From IMG/VR virus record IMGVR_UViG_3300032053_000013, positions 32,001-96,000 of that record: a stretch of DNA of 64,000 nt. One strand, given 5' to 3'. The position numbers and the translations under genes were made by a program. The stretch's first letter is position 1; each line of letters begins with the position of its first letter. Of the stretch, positions 17,428 through 26,139 are shown piece after piece. Source of the DNA: a virus. Under the pieces are notes generated by a model. It had not been told where the DNA came from, searched no databases, and saw nothing but the letters and a program-made list of their open reading frames with translations.

Positions 17428-18216
17428 ATGAAGAAGATCAGCGAAAGCACTGCGGCCAGGATCGCGGACCTCTACAGGGAGGGGCACTCCTCCTACAAGA
17501 TAGCCGAGATGCTGGGGGTGGGGCACAGTGCCGCGAGCAAGTACGCGAGGTGGCTCAGGATCTCCAGGACGAGAAGCGCGGCAAGCGTCCTCGCCCGGTT
17601 GAGGGACACGGAGATCAACGTCGAGTTCTTCAAGGAGTGGAGTCCCAACCTCGCATATCTTCTCGGAATCATCTGGACAGACGGATGCCTCGGGAAGACT
17701 ACTCGGGGGGAACAGGTGATCCTCTCGATGAAGGAGTCGGAACTCCTTGGGAAGATCGGGGAAGCCACGGGGGCCAAGGTCTCGCAGCACAGGAATCGAA
17801 AGGAGTGGATCTGGACGATTCGATTCAGCCTTTTGACGGTCGTTTCCTGGTTCAAGGATAGGGGACTCACGGGCAGGAAATCCTTCACGGTCGAATGGCC
17901 GAAGGGGTTGCCGGAGGGCCTGGAGATTTCTTTCGTTCGGGGGCTCATAGATGGGGACGGGTCGTTCGGGATCGACAAGAGGAACGGGTCTCTGATGTTC
18001 GGGTTCGTCTCGGCCTCGGAGGTCTTCGCAAGGCAGATGAGGGAGTGGCTCGGGGCGCGGGTTGCCGGAGGGAGCTTCTTCTGCGAAAAGGGTAGGTACT
18101 GGAGAATACGGTACGGCGGTCGGGGGGCAGAGAAGATCCAAGAGATGCTGTCTCCGAAGGATGGGGAGTGGGGGCTCGATAGGAAATGGAAGATGTCCTC
18201 TGGAAGTTGCCGATAG
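17428..18216 (+). mobile_element. Free-standing LAGLIDADG homing endonuclease with N-terminal HTH
   Basis: AYLLGIIWTDG and FVRGLIDGDG motifs; HTH IADLYREGHSSYKIAEMLGVG; lower GC than flanks. Confidence 0.9.
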
Positions 18217-18596
18217 CGATTGTGCTCGTAGAGGCGGTCGTTGAGATCTGCGCCGAGGGGGAGATTTTCGAGCCCCTCAGAGCATGGCTCGCCGGGAGGG
18301 GAGATAAGCCCCGCAAGATCGGTGTGTTCGTGCGTTGCCCCTACTGCATGTCGGTTTGGATGGCAGTCGGAGCGGCCTACCTGCTCCAGGTCATGGGGGT
18401 CTTCGGGTGGATGGGGTGGTTCGAGCCGGTCCTGTGGGGATTTTTGATCCACCGGGCGTCGAATCTGTGGCACGAGGTCGTGTCGAGGCATCTGGGGCGG
18501 GTGCCTTTCACCCTCTTCATGCGGACCTGGAGGCACGAGGAGGTCGAGGCGAAGCCGGAGGAGAGGAAGGGGGATGGTGGAGCCGCTACAGGGTAA
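18186..18596 (+). CDS. DUF1360-like membrane protein (holin-like candidate)
   Basis: IFEPLRAWL...CPYCMSVW followed by TM segments. Confidence 0.7.
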   Translation: MEDVLWKLPIAIVLVEAVVEICAEGEIFEPLRAWLAGRGDKPRKIGVFVRCPYCMSVWMAVGAAYLLQVMGVFGWMGWFEPVLWGFLIHRASNLWHEVVSRHLGRVPFTLFMRTWRHEEVEAKPEERKGDGGAATG

Positions 18597-19725
18597 CTCG
18601 ATGCCGTTCTCCGAGCGGCGATATTACGGATGCTACCGTGGCACGGTCGCGGACAACCTCGACCCCCTGCGCCTCGGGCGGGTGAAGTGCAGGTGCCACG
18701 AGGTCCTGGGGCTGGAGATGACGACGGACTGGGCGGCCTACAAGGGGGGGCCGTTCGGGGGCGACCTGGACTGCGGGGTCTTCGCCCCGCCGGACGTCGG
18801 CGCGGCGGTGTTCGTCGAGTTCGAGAGCGGGGACGTGAACCGGCCCCTCTTCACGGGTACCTGGTGGGGGCAGAGGAAGGGGATGCCGCCGGAGACCCCG
18901 GCCCTGGCGAGGGCCGACGGGCAGACGTGCTGGAAGACAGACCCGAGCACCTCGGCCCCGAAGGGAATCGACCAGTTCAGGAGCGCGACCAACGAGGACC
19001 AATGCCAGCCCATCTCGCCCCTGCGGGCGAAGGGGCCGCCGCAGTACCCGTGCAACAAGGTCCTCAAGACGAAGAACAACGGGATCACGGTCGAGATCGA
19101 CGACACGCCGGGGAGGGGCAGGATCCACATCTGGCACGGCCCGTCGAAGTCGTGGGTCGAGATCGACTCCGGGGGCGAGCTCTCGGTCAGGGTGGCCGGG
19201 AAGTCCTACGTCCTCGTGGAGGCGGACGACCGGCACCACGTGAAGGGGGGTCGCCACGCCCTGGTCGAGGGGGACGAGACGGTCCGCGTCGGGAAGGACC
19301 GGTGGCTGAGGGTCAAGGCGAACGAGACGCGGGAGGTCGGGGGCCTGCGTGACACGTTCGTCACGGGCAAGGAGCAGAGGGTGAACCAGGCGGGGCTCGA
19401 CGGGTTCGTCGTGGGGGAGGAGCAGAGGGTGGACCAGGGGGGGCTGAAGCACTGGACCATCGGGGACCGGGTGGACGTCGTGGTCGGGAACTGGACGCAG
19501 TGGGTCGTCGGGAACCTCCAGACCAACGTGTTCGGGAACTACGACCGCATCGCGGCGGGCAACATCAGCGACGTCGCCAGCGCGATCGCCCACTCGAAGG
19601 GGACCCCGACGGGGGCGCCTCCGGTCCCGCCGGTCCAGCCCCAGCCCCCGCAGCCGGTCCAGCCCCCGGGGTGCCCGGTCACCCCGCCCGACTTCACGTG
19701 CCCCCCGACGCCCCCGGCCCCGTAG
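18574..19725 (+). CDS. Baseplate spike (gp5/gpV/VgrG C-terminal-like)
   Basis: YRGTVADNLDPLRLGRVK, PDVGAAVFVEFESGDVNRP (OB fold), EIDDTPG..RIHIWH, V.G.E repeats, Pro-rich tail. Confidence 0.92.
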   Translation: MVEPLQGNSMPFSERRYYGCYRGTVADNLDPLRLGRVKCRCHEVLGLEMTTDWAAYKGGPFGGDLDCGVFAPPDVGAAVFVEFESGDVNRPLFTGTWWGQRKGMPPETPALARADGQTCWKTDPSTSAPKGIDQFRSATNEDQCQPISPLRAKGPPQYPCNKVLKTKNNGITVEIDDTPGRGRIHIWHGPSKSWVEIDSGGELSVRVAGKSYVLVEADDRHHVKGGRHALVEGDETVRVGKDRWLRVKANETREVGGLRDTFVTGKEQRVNQAGLDGFVVGEEQRVDQGGLKHWTIGDRVDVVVGNWTQWVVGNLQTNVFGNYDRIAAGNISDVASAIAHSKGTPTGAPPVPPVQPQPPQPVQPPGCPVTPPDFTCPPTPPAP

Positions 19726-19735
19726 GAGGATTACC

Positions 19736-20260
19736 ATGCCGGTGTCGCCGATCTCTAACGCCCAGGAGTGGAGGGCGGTCGTGGCCGACAGGGAGGCCCG
19801 CGCCTGCCTGCGGAGGATCGCGCTCACTGTCCTCTCCGACCTCGACCCGTCCAGGGTGAGGGCGTACAGGCTGACGGTCGAGGCGTCGAGGTCCCTCCAG
19901 AGGAGGCAGGGGGCCCGCATCGCGGCCATCGACTCGGAGGTCGGGTGCATCGTGTCCCTCATGGAGCGGCTCCCCGACTCTGGCGAGCCAAAGGAGTTCC
20001 GCCGTATGATGGAGGAGCGGCGCAACGCCCTCCTGGCGGAGCGCGGGGAGGTAGTCCAGGCCCTGGAGAAGCTCCCGACGATGATCTCGGGGTCGGAGCG
20101 CATCCTGAGGGAGGTCGAGGGGCAGGTCGCCAACGCGGCCTTCCTCAAGGGGGTCATAGAGGAGGCGGACAGTGCCGAAGGTGGCGTTCCTGGGGTCGCC
20201 GACCAGCCACGGGGCCCCGGTGATAACGGGCCCCCTCCCGACGCCGCACGTGGCGTGTGA
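19736..20260 (+). CDS. Coiled-coil hypothetical protein
   Basis: 174 aa, SD AGGAGG, helical heptads. Confidence 0.65.
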   Translation: MPVSPISNAQEWRAVVADREARACLRRIALTVLSDLDPSRVRAYRLTVEASRSLQRRQGARIAAIDSEVGCIVSLMERLPDSGEPKEFRRMMEERRNALLAERGEVVQALEKLPTMISGSERILREVEGQVANAAFLKGVIEEADSAEGGVPGVADQPRGPGDNGPPPDAARGV

Positions 20261-20408
20261 CTGCGGGGTCATGGCGAAGGCGACGGACATGGTGGCCGGG
20301 CACTACCACGGCCTGGTCTGGGTGCCGCCGAACCCCTTCCCGGCGGGGTCGCTGGTGGCGGCGATAGAGGGGCTGGGAGTGCTGAGGGTGGGCGACACGG
20401 CGGGCTGA
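20172..20408 (+). CDS. PAAR-like spike tip protein
   Basis: VAFLGSPTSHG...CDCG...H.HG...V.IEG..V.RVGDT; GTG start with SD GAGGAGG. Confidence 0.75.
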   Translation: MPKVAFLGSPTSHGAPVITGPLPTPHVACDCGVMAKATDMVAGHYHGLVWVPPNPFPAGSLVAAIEGLGVLRVGDTAG

Positions 20409-20471
20409 GGGGCGCAGATAATCCCGGGGCCGTGCGTCCCGAACACCGAGAGCGACTGATCGGAGGTTCCG

Positions 20472-20945
20472 ATGTCCGGCATCTACGACTTCTTCCAGGG
20501 CCTGACGTCCTCGCAGTGGGACTCGATGGTCAGGGTGGTCCAGGACCTCCAGGACAGCGCGTCCGCGGAGAGGATGGACAGCCTCCGCAACTTCCTGGCG
20601 TCCCTCACCAGGGAGATCGACGCCGTGAACCGGAGGAGGGACGCCCTCGGGCAGAAGGTCGAGAACATCGAGGTCATCCTGACGCACCTCGACGCCCACA
20701 TCAGGGCGAACCCCGGCAACATGGAGGCCACCCTCCTCCGGTCCATCCTGATCCTGTGGAAGAGCCAGCTCAAGATCGAGGTGGCGGACCTCCGCCCGTC
20801 GGAGAAGCTGGACAAGAAGTACGACACGGAGCGGAAGCGGGAGCTCCTGGCCCAGCTCCAGGTCCTCGTCTCCTCGCTTAGCGTCGAGATGGGCGAGGCC
20901 AAGGCCGAGCGGGCGTCGGCGCCGCAGGAGGCGAGGGGGGCGTGA
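20472..20945 (+). CDS. Coiled-coil hypothetical protein
   Basis: 157 aa, helical, SD GGAGG. Confidence 0.65.
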   Translation: MSGIYDFFQGLTSSQWDSMVRVVQDLQDSASAERMDSLRNFLASLTREIDAVNRRRDALGQKVENIEVILTHLDAHIRANPGNMEATLLRSILILWKSQLKIEVADLRPSEKLDKKYDTERKRELLAQLQVLVSSLSVEMGEAKAERASAPQEARGA

Positions 20946-21385
20946 GGAGGACGACGGACATCATCGGGCGCGGGTGGGGCTTCCCCTTCCGGTTCACCAC
21001 CGTCGGCAGGGTGAGCAGGCTCGTGGGGGTCTCGGACGCGTCCTCTACCGAGAAGATCGGGATGGCGATCCGGCAGATCCTCGGGACGAGGGTCGGAAGC
21101 CGGGTGGTCGACCGGGACTTCGGGTCCGACCTCCGGGGGATCCTCTTCATGCCCATCGACGAGGTTTCCATCGCCAGGGTGCGGTTCGCGGTCACCTCGG
21201 CGATCCAGACCTGGGAGAAGAGGGTGGACGTCCTGGGAGTGGACGTGAACGCCGACCGGGTGAAGGATGGGGTCATCGACGTGACGGTGTACTACAAGAT
21301 CATCTCCACCCAGAAGGAGGGGAACCTCGTCTATCCTCTGTATATTTCGGAAGAAATGCGCGTGACCGGGCAGATAAACGTGTAG
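20942..21385 (+). CDS. gp25/gpW-like baseplate wedge protein
   Basis: IGRGWGFPF...IRQILGTRVGSRVVDRDFGSDL...AIQTWEKRV. Confidence 0.92.
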   Translation: MRRTTDIIGRGWGFPFRFTTVGRVSRLVGVSDASSTEKIGMAIRQILGTRVGSRVVDRDFGSDLRGILFMPIDEVSIARVRFAVTSAIQTWEKRVDVLGVDVNADRVKDGVIDVTVYYKIISTQKEGNLVYPLYISEEMRVTGQINV

Positions 21386-21395
21386 GAGGCGTCCC

Positions 21396-23162
21396 TTGAC
21401 CACGATCAGCAAGGTCACGAACAGGATCCCCCCGATCGACTACACCTCCCGCGACTTCGAGGCGATCGCGCAGGACATGGTGCGGGCGATCCCGTTCATG
21501 GCCCCGGAGTGGACGGACAACAACCTCTCCGACTTCGGGATCGTCCTCCAGAGGCTCGTGGCCATGGTGTCCGACTGCCTCCACTTCTACCTGGACCGCA
21601 CGGCGAACGAGGCGTTCCTGCCCACGGCGATCACGAGGAGGAGCGTCATCAACCTCCTCCAGCTCATCAACTTCACCCTGAACAGCGCGGCCCCGGCCTC
21701 GGTGGACGTCCGGTTCCACATGGCGAACGCGCTCCCCGGCGACCTCCTGATCCCGAAGGGGACGGAGAGCCAGACCACGGCGGACGCGACGGACGGCCCG
21801 ATCTACTTCGAGACGTCGGCGGACGCGGTGATCCCCGCCGGGGACCTGGAGGTGACGGCGCCCGCGGTGGAGGGCCGGACCAGGACGGAGACCCTCGGGG
21901 TGAGCCTCGGGATCGCCCGCCAGAGGTTCGATGTCTCCGGGTCGCCCGTCATCGACGGGAGCCTCGCCATCGCGATCGACGAGGGGGTCGGGCCGGAGGC
22001 GTGGTCCGAGGTGGAGTCGTTCGCCTACGCCGGGCCGGACGACAAGGTGTTCACGACCATCCGGGACGAGAACGACAAGATCACGGTCCTGTTCGGGGAC
22101 AACGCCCAGGGGAAGATCCCGGACAACGGGGCGATCATCGAGTCCGAGTACCGGGTGGGAGGGGGGCTGCGGGGGAACGTGCCGGAGGGGACGATCGTCA
22201 CGGTGAACGACGTGCCCACCTACAACGCGGTGCCGGTCAGCCTGGCGGTCACGAACGACCTGGCCGCGAGCGGCGGCGAGGACGCCATGACCATCGAGGA
22301 GGCGAAGGTCCTCGGGCCCCAGAGCCTCCTGGCCCTCAACAGGGCGGTGACGGCCCTCGACTTCAAGACGCTGGCGGAGGCCTTTCCCGGCGTCGCCAGG
22401 GCGTCCGTCGTGGTCGGGGCCTACCCCGTGGACGTGTCGACGGGGTGCTGCTGCCTCGTCAGGCTCATCATCGCCCCCACCGGAGGGGGGACGCCGTCGT
22501 CCCAGCTCAAGTCCGACCTCGCGGACTACCTCGAGGCCCGGAAGATGATAGGGACGTGCCTGGAGATCGTGGACCCGACCTACCAGCCGGTGGACGGGGC
22601 CGGTACGATCTACATGGCCGGGAACTTCTCCACGGAGCAGGGGGCGCAGGACGTGGAGGACTCCCTCTCCGCCTTCTTCGACCTGGGGAGCGAGTACGTC
22701 GGGTTCGGGCAGTCCCTCTACCTGTCCGACTTCTACCACCTCCTGGAGTCCATCTCCGGGGTGGACCACGTCGACCTGACGGAGCTGACCCGGAGGCCGG
22801 TGCCCGTATGCTCGCCATGGACGTCGGACTGCGGGCTGACGAACTTCGTGGTCGGGCCCTCCGCCAAGAACGAGGGGTGGACGGTGACCGCGACCTCCCC
22901 GACGACCTTCTCCGTGGTGGGGTCGGTCAGCGGGCCCCAGAACCCCGGGACGGTAGGGGTGGGCTACACGACCAACGGCGGGGAGGTGTCGTTCAAGATG
23001 GAGTGCACGAGCGGGACCCTGGTGGTGGGCGAGAAGTGCCAGTTCACTACCAGCCCGAAGGTCGCCAACGTGCCGATGAAGCCGCTGGAGGTCATGACCA
23101 AGGGCGTCTTCACGTTCAGCTTCGTCGGAGGGGCCAGGCCCCAGAGGGTGTGCCCGGTATGA
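21396..23162 (+). CDS. Baseplate J-like (gp6) protein
   Basis: IDYTSRDFEAI, PEWTDNNLSDFG, FGDNAQGKIP, GGEDAMTIEEAK, RAVTALDF. Confidence 0.92.
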   Translation: MTTISKVTNRIPPIDYTSRDFEAIAQDMVRAIPFMAPEWTDNNLSDFGIVLQRLVAMVSDCLHFYLDRTANEAFLPTAITRRSVINLLQLINFTLNSAAPASVDVRFHMANALPGDLLIPKGTESQTTADATDGPIYFETSADAVIPAGDLEVTAPAVEGRTRTETLGVSLGIARQRFDVSGSPVIDGSLAIAIDEGVGPEAWSEVESFAYAGPDDKVFTTIRDENDKITVLFGDNAQGKIPDNGAIIESEYRVGGGLRGNVPEGTIVTVNDVPTYNAVPVSLAVTNDLAASGGEDAMTIEEAKVLGPQSLLALNRAVTALDFKTLAEAFPGVARASVVVGAYPVDVSTGCCCLVRLIIAPTGGGTPSSQLKSDLADYLEARKMIGTCLEIVDPTYQPVDGAGTIYMAGNFSTEQGAQDVEDSLSAFFDLGSEYVGFGQSLYLSDFYHLLESISGVDHVDLTELTRRPVPVCSPWTSDCGLTNFVVGPSAKNEGWTVTATSPTTFSVVGSVSGPQNPGTVGVGYTTNGGEVSFKMECTSGTLVVGEKCQFTTSPKVANVPMKPLEVMTKGVFTFSFVGGARPQRVCPV

Positions 23163-23377
23163 GCGACACGCGGAGGATCTCCGAGATCGAGGCCAGGATG
23201 ATGGCGTCGGAGCGGCTCGGGTGGAGGGTCCACACCGTCGAGGAGAGCGCCAGGAGGATCTCGGCGGAGATCCCGAACTTCGTCGACGAGGCGGACCTGC
23301 AGAAGTTCACGAGGTACCTCGACGAGATCGTCAAGGCCGTCCAGGACGCCTTCATGAAGGAGACGGGGGCGAAGTGA
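23159..23377 (+). CDS. Small helical hypothetical protein
   Basis: MSDTRRISEIEARMM..., 72 aa, ATGA overlaps at both ends. Confidence 0.6.
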   Translation: MSDTRRISEIEARMMASERLGWRVHTVEESARRISAEIPNFVDEADLQKFTRYLDEIVKAVQDAFMKETGAK

Positions 23378-24573
23378 CCAGCCCTTCGGTGATAATCAGC
23401 GACCCCAGGCTCGTCCAGGGAGTCACGATCCGCAGGGGCCTGGAGGGCCCGCAGATCGTCGTGGAGTGGGAGGCCCCGGAGGCGCCCCCGCTCGGGGGGA
23501 TCGTCCGCGTCCTGAGGAAGACGTACGAGTTCGCCAGCGACGCCTACGACACGGCGGCGGTGAACGTCTACGAGGGGGACGTGGGGGCCGGGCACGTGTC
23601 CGACCTCGACCTGGACCCCTGCTCCTGCTACTACTACACGGTCTTCACCTTCGACCCCCTCACCTACGAGTGGGTCTACTCCGTCGGGACCCAGGCGAGC
23701 CTGCTCGCCATCGAGAGCGGGTACTTCACGGACCGCCTCTTCGGGCTCCTGCCGGAGGTGTACGTCCTCGGGGACAAGCTCATGGGCGAGGTGGACGCGT
23801 CGAGCGCGGTGGTCCCCCTGCACCCGGAGTTCGACGCGGGGTCGAACGAGTGGTTCAACATCCACGAGAACCCGACGGACCCGGCGACGGGGGATCTCCT
23901 GGCGGAGGAGAGGAAGAGGGGGCCGCTCAGCCGGTTCCTGAAGAACATCGCGATCGAGCTCGACATCGTCAAGGGCCTGATCGACTGCATGCCCACCCTG
24001 TGGGACGTGGACGAGGCGTGCTGCTCGGCCCTCCCGGCGCTGGGGGAGCTGGTCGGGCTCGACGTGAACCGGGAGTTCCCCTGCAACAAGCAGCGGGAGG
24101 AGATCCGCCAGCAGGCCGCGATCCTCAAGATCAAGGGCACGATCCAGGCGGTGGCGGCCCGGGCGCGGCTGGTCTCCGGCCTGCGGGTGGGCGTCCACGA
24201 GTGGTGCAAGAACATCCTGATCTCCAACCGGCTGGACCGGACGAGCGTCTACATCCCCAACCCGGGCCTGGCCCTGAAGTACAAGCGGTGCGGGGACGAC
24301 ACGGACTTCACCCCCGGCCAGGGGATCACGTTCCAGTCGTTCCTGGTGTGCTTCTACCTGGAGTGCGACGACTGCCTCTCGGAGCAGGTGGTCGAGAAGC
24401 TGGCCCGGGTGATGCCGCCGGAGTGGCCGGTCTGCCGGAGCGGCTATTTCCTCTTCGAGGACTGCCGCCACCAGGAGGTCTACCCGGGCCCGATCGACAA
24501 CTGGTGGGACGTGGTCGAGACGGGCGGGAGCAGGATCAACCAGGCGCGGATCAACCTCGGACGCGTAACGTAG
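23374..24573 (+). CDS. Baseplate wedge/tail protein I (P2 gpI-like) with N-terminal Fn3-like domain
   Basis: RLFGLLPEVY...LWDVD...LPALGELVG...KIKGTIQAV; GTG start at 23374. Confidence 0.75.
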   Translation: MTSPSVIISDPRLVQGVTIRRGLEGPQIVVEWEAPEAPPLGGIVRVLRKTYEFASDAYDTAAVNVYEGDVGAGHVSDLDLDPCSCYYYTVFTFDPLTYEWVYSVGTQASLLAIESGYFTDRLFGLLPEVYVLGDKLMGEVDASSAVVPLHPEFDAGSNEWFNIHENPTDPATGDLLAEERKRGPLSRFLKNIAIELDIVKGLIDCMPTLWDVDEACCSALPALGELVGLDVNREFPCNKQREEIRQQAAILKIKGTIQAVAARARLVSGLRVGVHEWCKNILISNRLDRTSVYIPNPGLALKYKRCGDDTDFTPGQGITFQSFLVCFYLECDDCLSEQVVEKLARVMPPEWPVCRSGYFLFEDCRHQEVYPGPIDNWWDVVETGGSRINQARINLGRVT

Positions 24574-24585
24574 CCGGAGGAGAGC

Positions 24586-25638
24586 ATGTCGTACAACGCC
24601 TCGTGGGACGAATGGACCAACCTCGCCCTGCTCCTCGACGAGAGGGTCTCCGGGTTCCTCCGCCGGGAGAAGAACTTCGTCATGGACGGGTTCCAGCTGT
24701 CCACGGGGTTCGGGCTCTTCGCCCAGGTGGGGCAGGTGGGCCTCAACGTCGCCTACTGCAACGGGTACGAGCTGAAGCAGACCTACCCCATCGCGCCGCC
24801 GCTGGTCCCCGTCGCGCCAGCCACGCTGGGCCAGCCGGTCTACCTGGAGTTCACGAAGACCGTGGACCCGGGCGGCGGGTACCTGTCCATCGCGATCTTC
24901 CTCACGGTCGGGCCCCCGGCCACCCCGTCCGACTGGATCAAGCTCGGGGAGGTGGACACGGACGCGGTGGGGGTCATCGCGGTCAGGAACGAGGACAACC
25001 GGTACCACCTCCACTCGGCCCAGATGGACGACGTCCTGGAGGGCAACCTCCAGCACATCAGCCGCCTGACCCTCCAGCGCGGGGCGGCCTTCCCGGTGGC
25101 CCCGGCCCCCGTCCAGTCGGAGCTGTTCTGGAGGACGGACCTCCTCCAGCTCTACGTGTACGACGGGGGGATCTGGCAGCCTCTGACGCCGGGGGCTCCC
25201 CCGGGTGCGGTGATCTTCACGGCGAACCCCCTCGGCCCCCCGATCCTGCCGGGGGAGGTGGCGTACGTGGGTCCGAACCCCCCGGCGGCGCCGGGGACGG
25301 TGACCCAGGCCATCGCGCTCGCCATGGCGACGGCGGAGGTGGTCGGGGCGGCCATGGGGCCGGTCCTCCCCGGCCTCCCCGGCCCGTTCATGACGTGGCA
25401 CGGGACGACGGGGACGGCGTACTACGAGATCGCGGCCCCGCCGGTCGTCCCCCCGGTCCCCGGGAGGAAGGTGTGGCTCTCCAAGATCACGCCGGGGGCG
25501 GTGACCACGCTGGCCCCCGCGAACCCGTGCGCCAGGAAGGTCTTGGGGGTGATCACGGACAACTCCGTGTTCGCCTGGCCGGGCAACCCCTACCTCACGG
25601 TCGTGTGGGCGCCCGAGCCGACGATCTGGGTGCCGTAG
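24586..25638 (+). CDS. Tail-fibre-associated structural protein
   Basis: 350 aa; LFWRTDLLQLYVYDGGIW motif typical of fibre proteins; Pro-rich. Confidence 0.55.
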   Translation: MSYNASWDEWTNLALLLDERVSGFLRREKNFVMDGFQLSTGFGLFAQVGQVGLNVAYCNGYELKQTYPIAPPLVPVAPATLGQPVYLEFTKTVDPGGGYLSIAIFLTVGPPATPSDWIKLGEVDTDAVGVIAVRNEDNRYHLHSAQMDDVLEGNLQHISRLTLQRGAAFPVAPAPVQSELFWRTDLLQLYVYDGGIWQPLTPGAPPGAVIFTANPLGPPILPGEVAYVGPNPPAAPGTVTQAIALAMATAEVVGAAMGPVLPGLPGPFMTWHGTTGTAYYEIAAPPVVPPVPGRKVWLSKITPGAVTTLAPANPCARKVLGVITDNSVFAWPGNPYLTVVWAPEPTIWVP

Positions 25639-25641
25639 GCA

Positions 25642-25670
25642 TTCCATGGCGTCCGGCCCCGTGGTATACT
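25642..25670 (+). promoter_or_regulatory. Promoter-like TTCCAT-N17-TATACT with extended -10 (TGG)
   Basis: Intergenic between 25638 and 25690. Confidence 0.45.
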
Positions 25671-25689
25671 CGGGGAGACGTGGGGAGGC

Positions 25690-26127
25690 GTGATGGGCTA
25701 CCCGGCAAGAGTCATCGCGGTCATGGAGGACGGGAGTCTTGAGGCCCTCTCCCCCGACCAGTTCGAGATGCAGTCGGACGTGGAGATGCTCCAGGGTCCG
25801 ACCCTTCCCGGGCTCCTCGACGCTGTGTACCTCTCCTCCTCTGGAACAGCGGATAAGGCCACGGGGTACGTTTCGACGAGCCCCTGCATTGGGTTCGTCT
25901 CTGCTCTCCTCCCACTGGGGAAGTGCCTGGTACGGAGGGAGGAGGAGATCGACGGTTTCGTGGGGCTTACCCCTGGTAAAATCTACTACGTGGATCCCAC
26001 GACACCGGGAGGGATCACGAAGACCCCGCCCACGGGGAACAGCGGGAAGGTTCTTCAGGACGTGGGGGCGGCCCTGACGACGAGCAAGCTCGGAATCTTC
26101 ATTGATATGGACTACATCGAGCTCTAA
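25690..26127 (+). CDS. Small virion cement/decoration-like protein
   Basis: GLTPGKIYYVD...GGIT.TPP...VG.ALTT motif. Confidence 0.5.
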   Translation: MMGYPARVIAVMEDGSLEALSPDQFEMQSDVEMLQGPTLPGLLDAVYLSSSGTADKATGYVSTSPCIGFVSALLPLGKCLVRREEEIDGFVGLTPGKIYYVDPTTPGGITKTPPTGNSGKVLQDVGAALTTSKLGIFIDMDYIEL

Positions 26128-26139
26128 GGAGGACGGCAG

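Noticed and set aside
17229-17861. 210-aa ORF as a real protein
   Set aside because: Only the first ~52 codons match the membrane protein; the rest is an alternative frame of the endonuclease gene.
17229-18216. Group I intron in the DUF1360-like gene
   Set aside because: The endonuclease ORF fills nearly the whole insert, leaving no room for a catalytic core, and the downstream copy is already full length.
8061-23162. Stand-alone eCIS or T6SS locus
   Set aside because: Portal, protease, capsid, tape measure and replication genes show this is a phage; no Afp15-type ATPase or TssJLM genes in the tail module.
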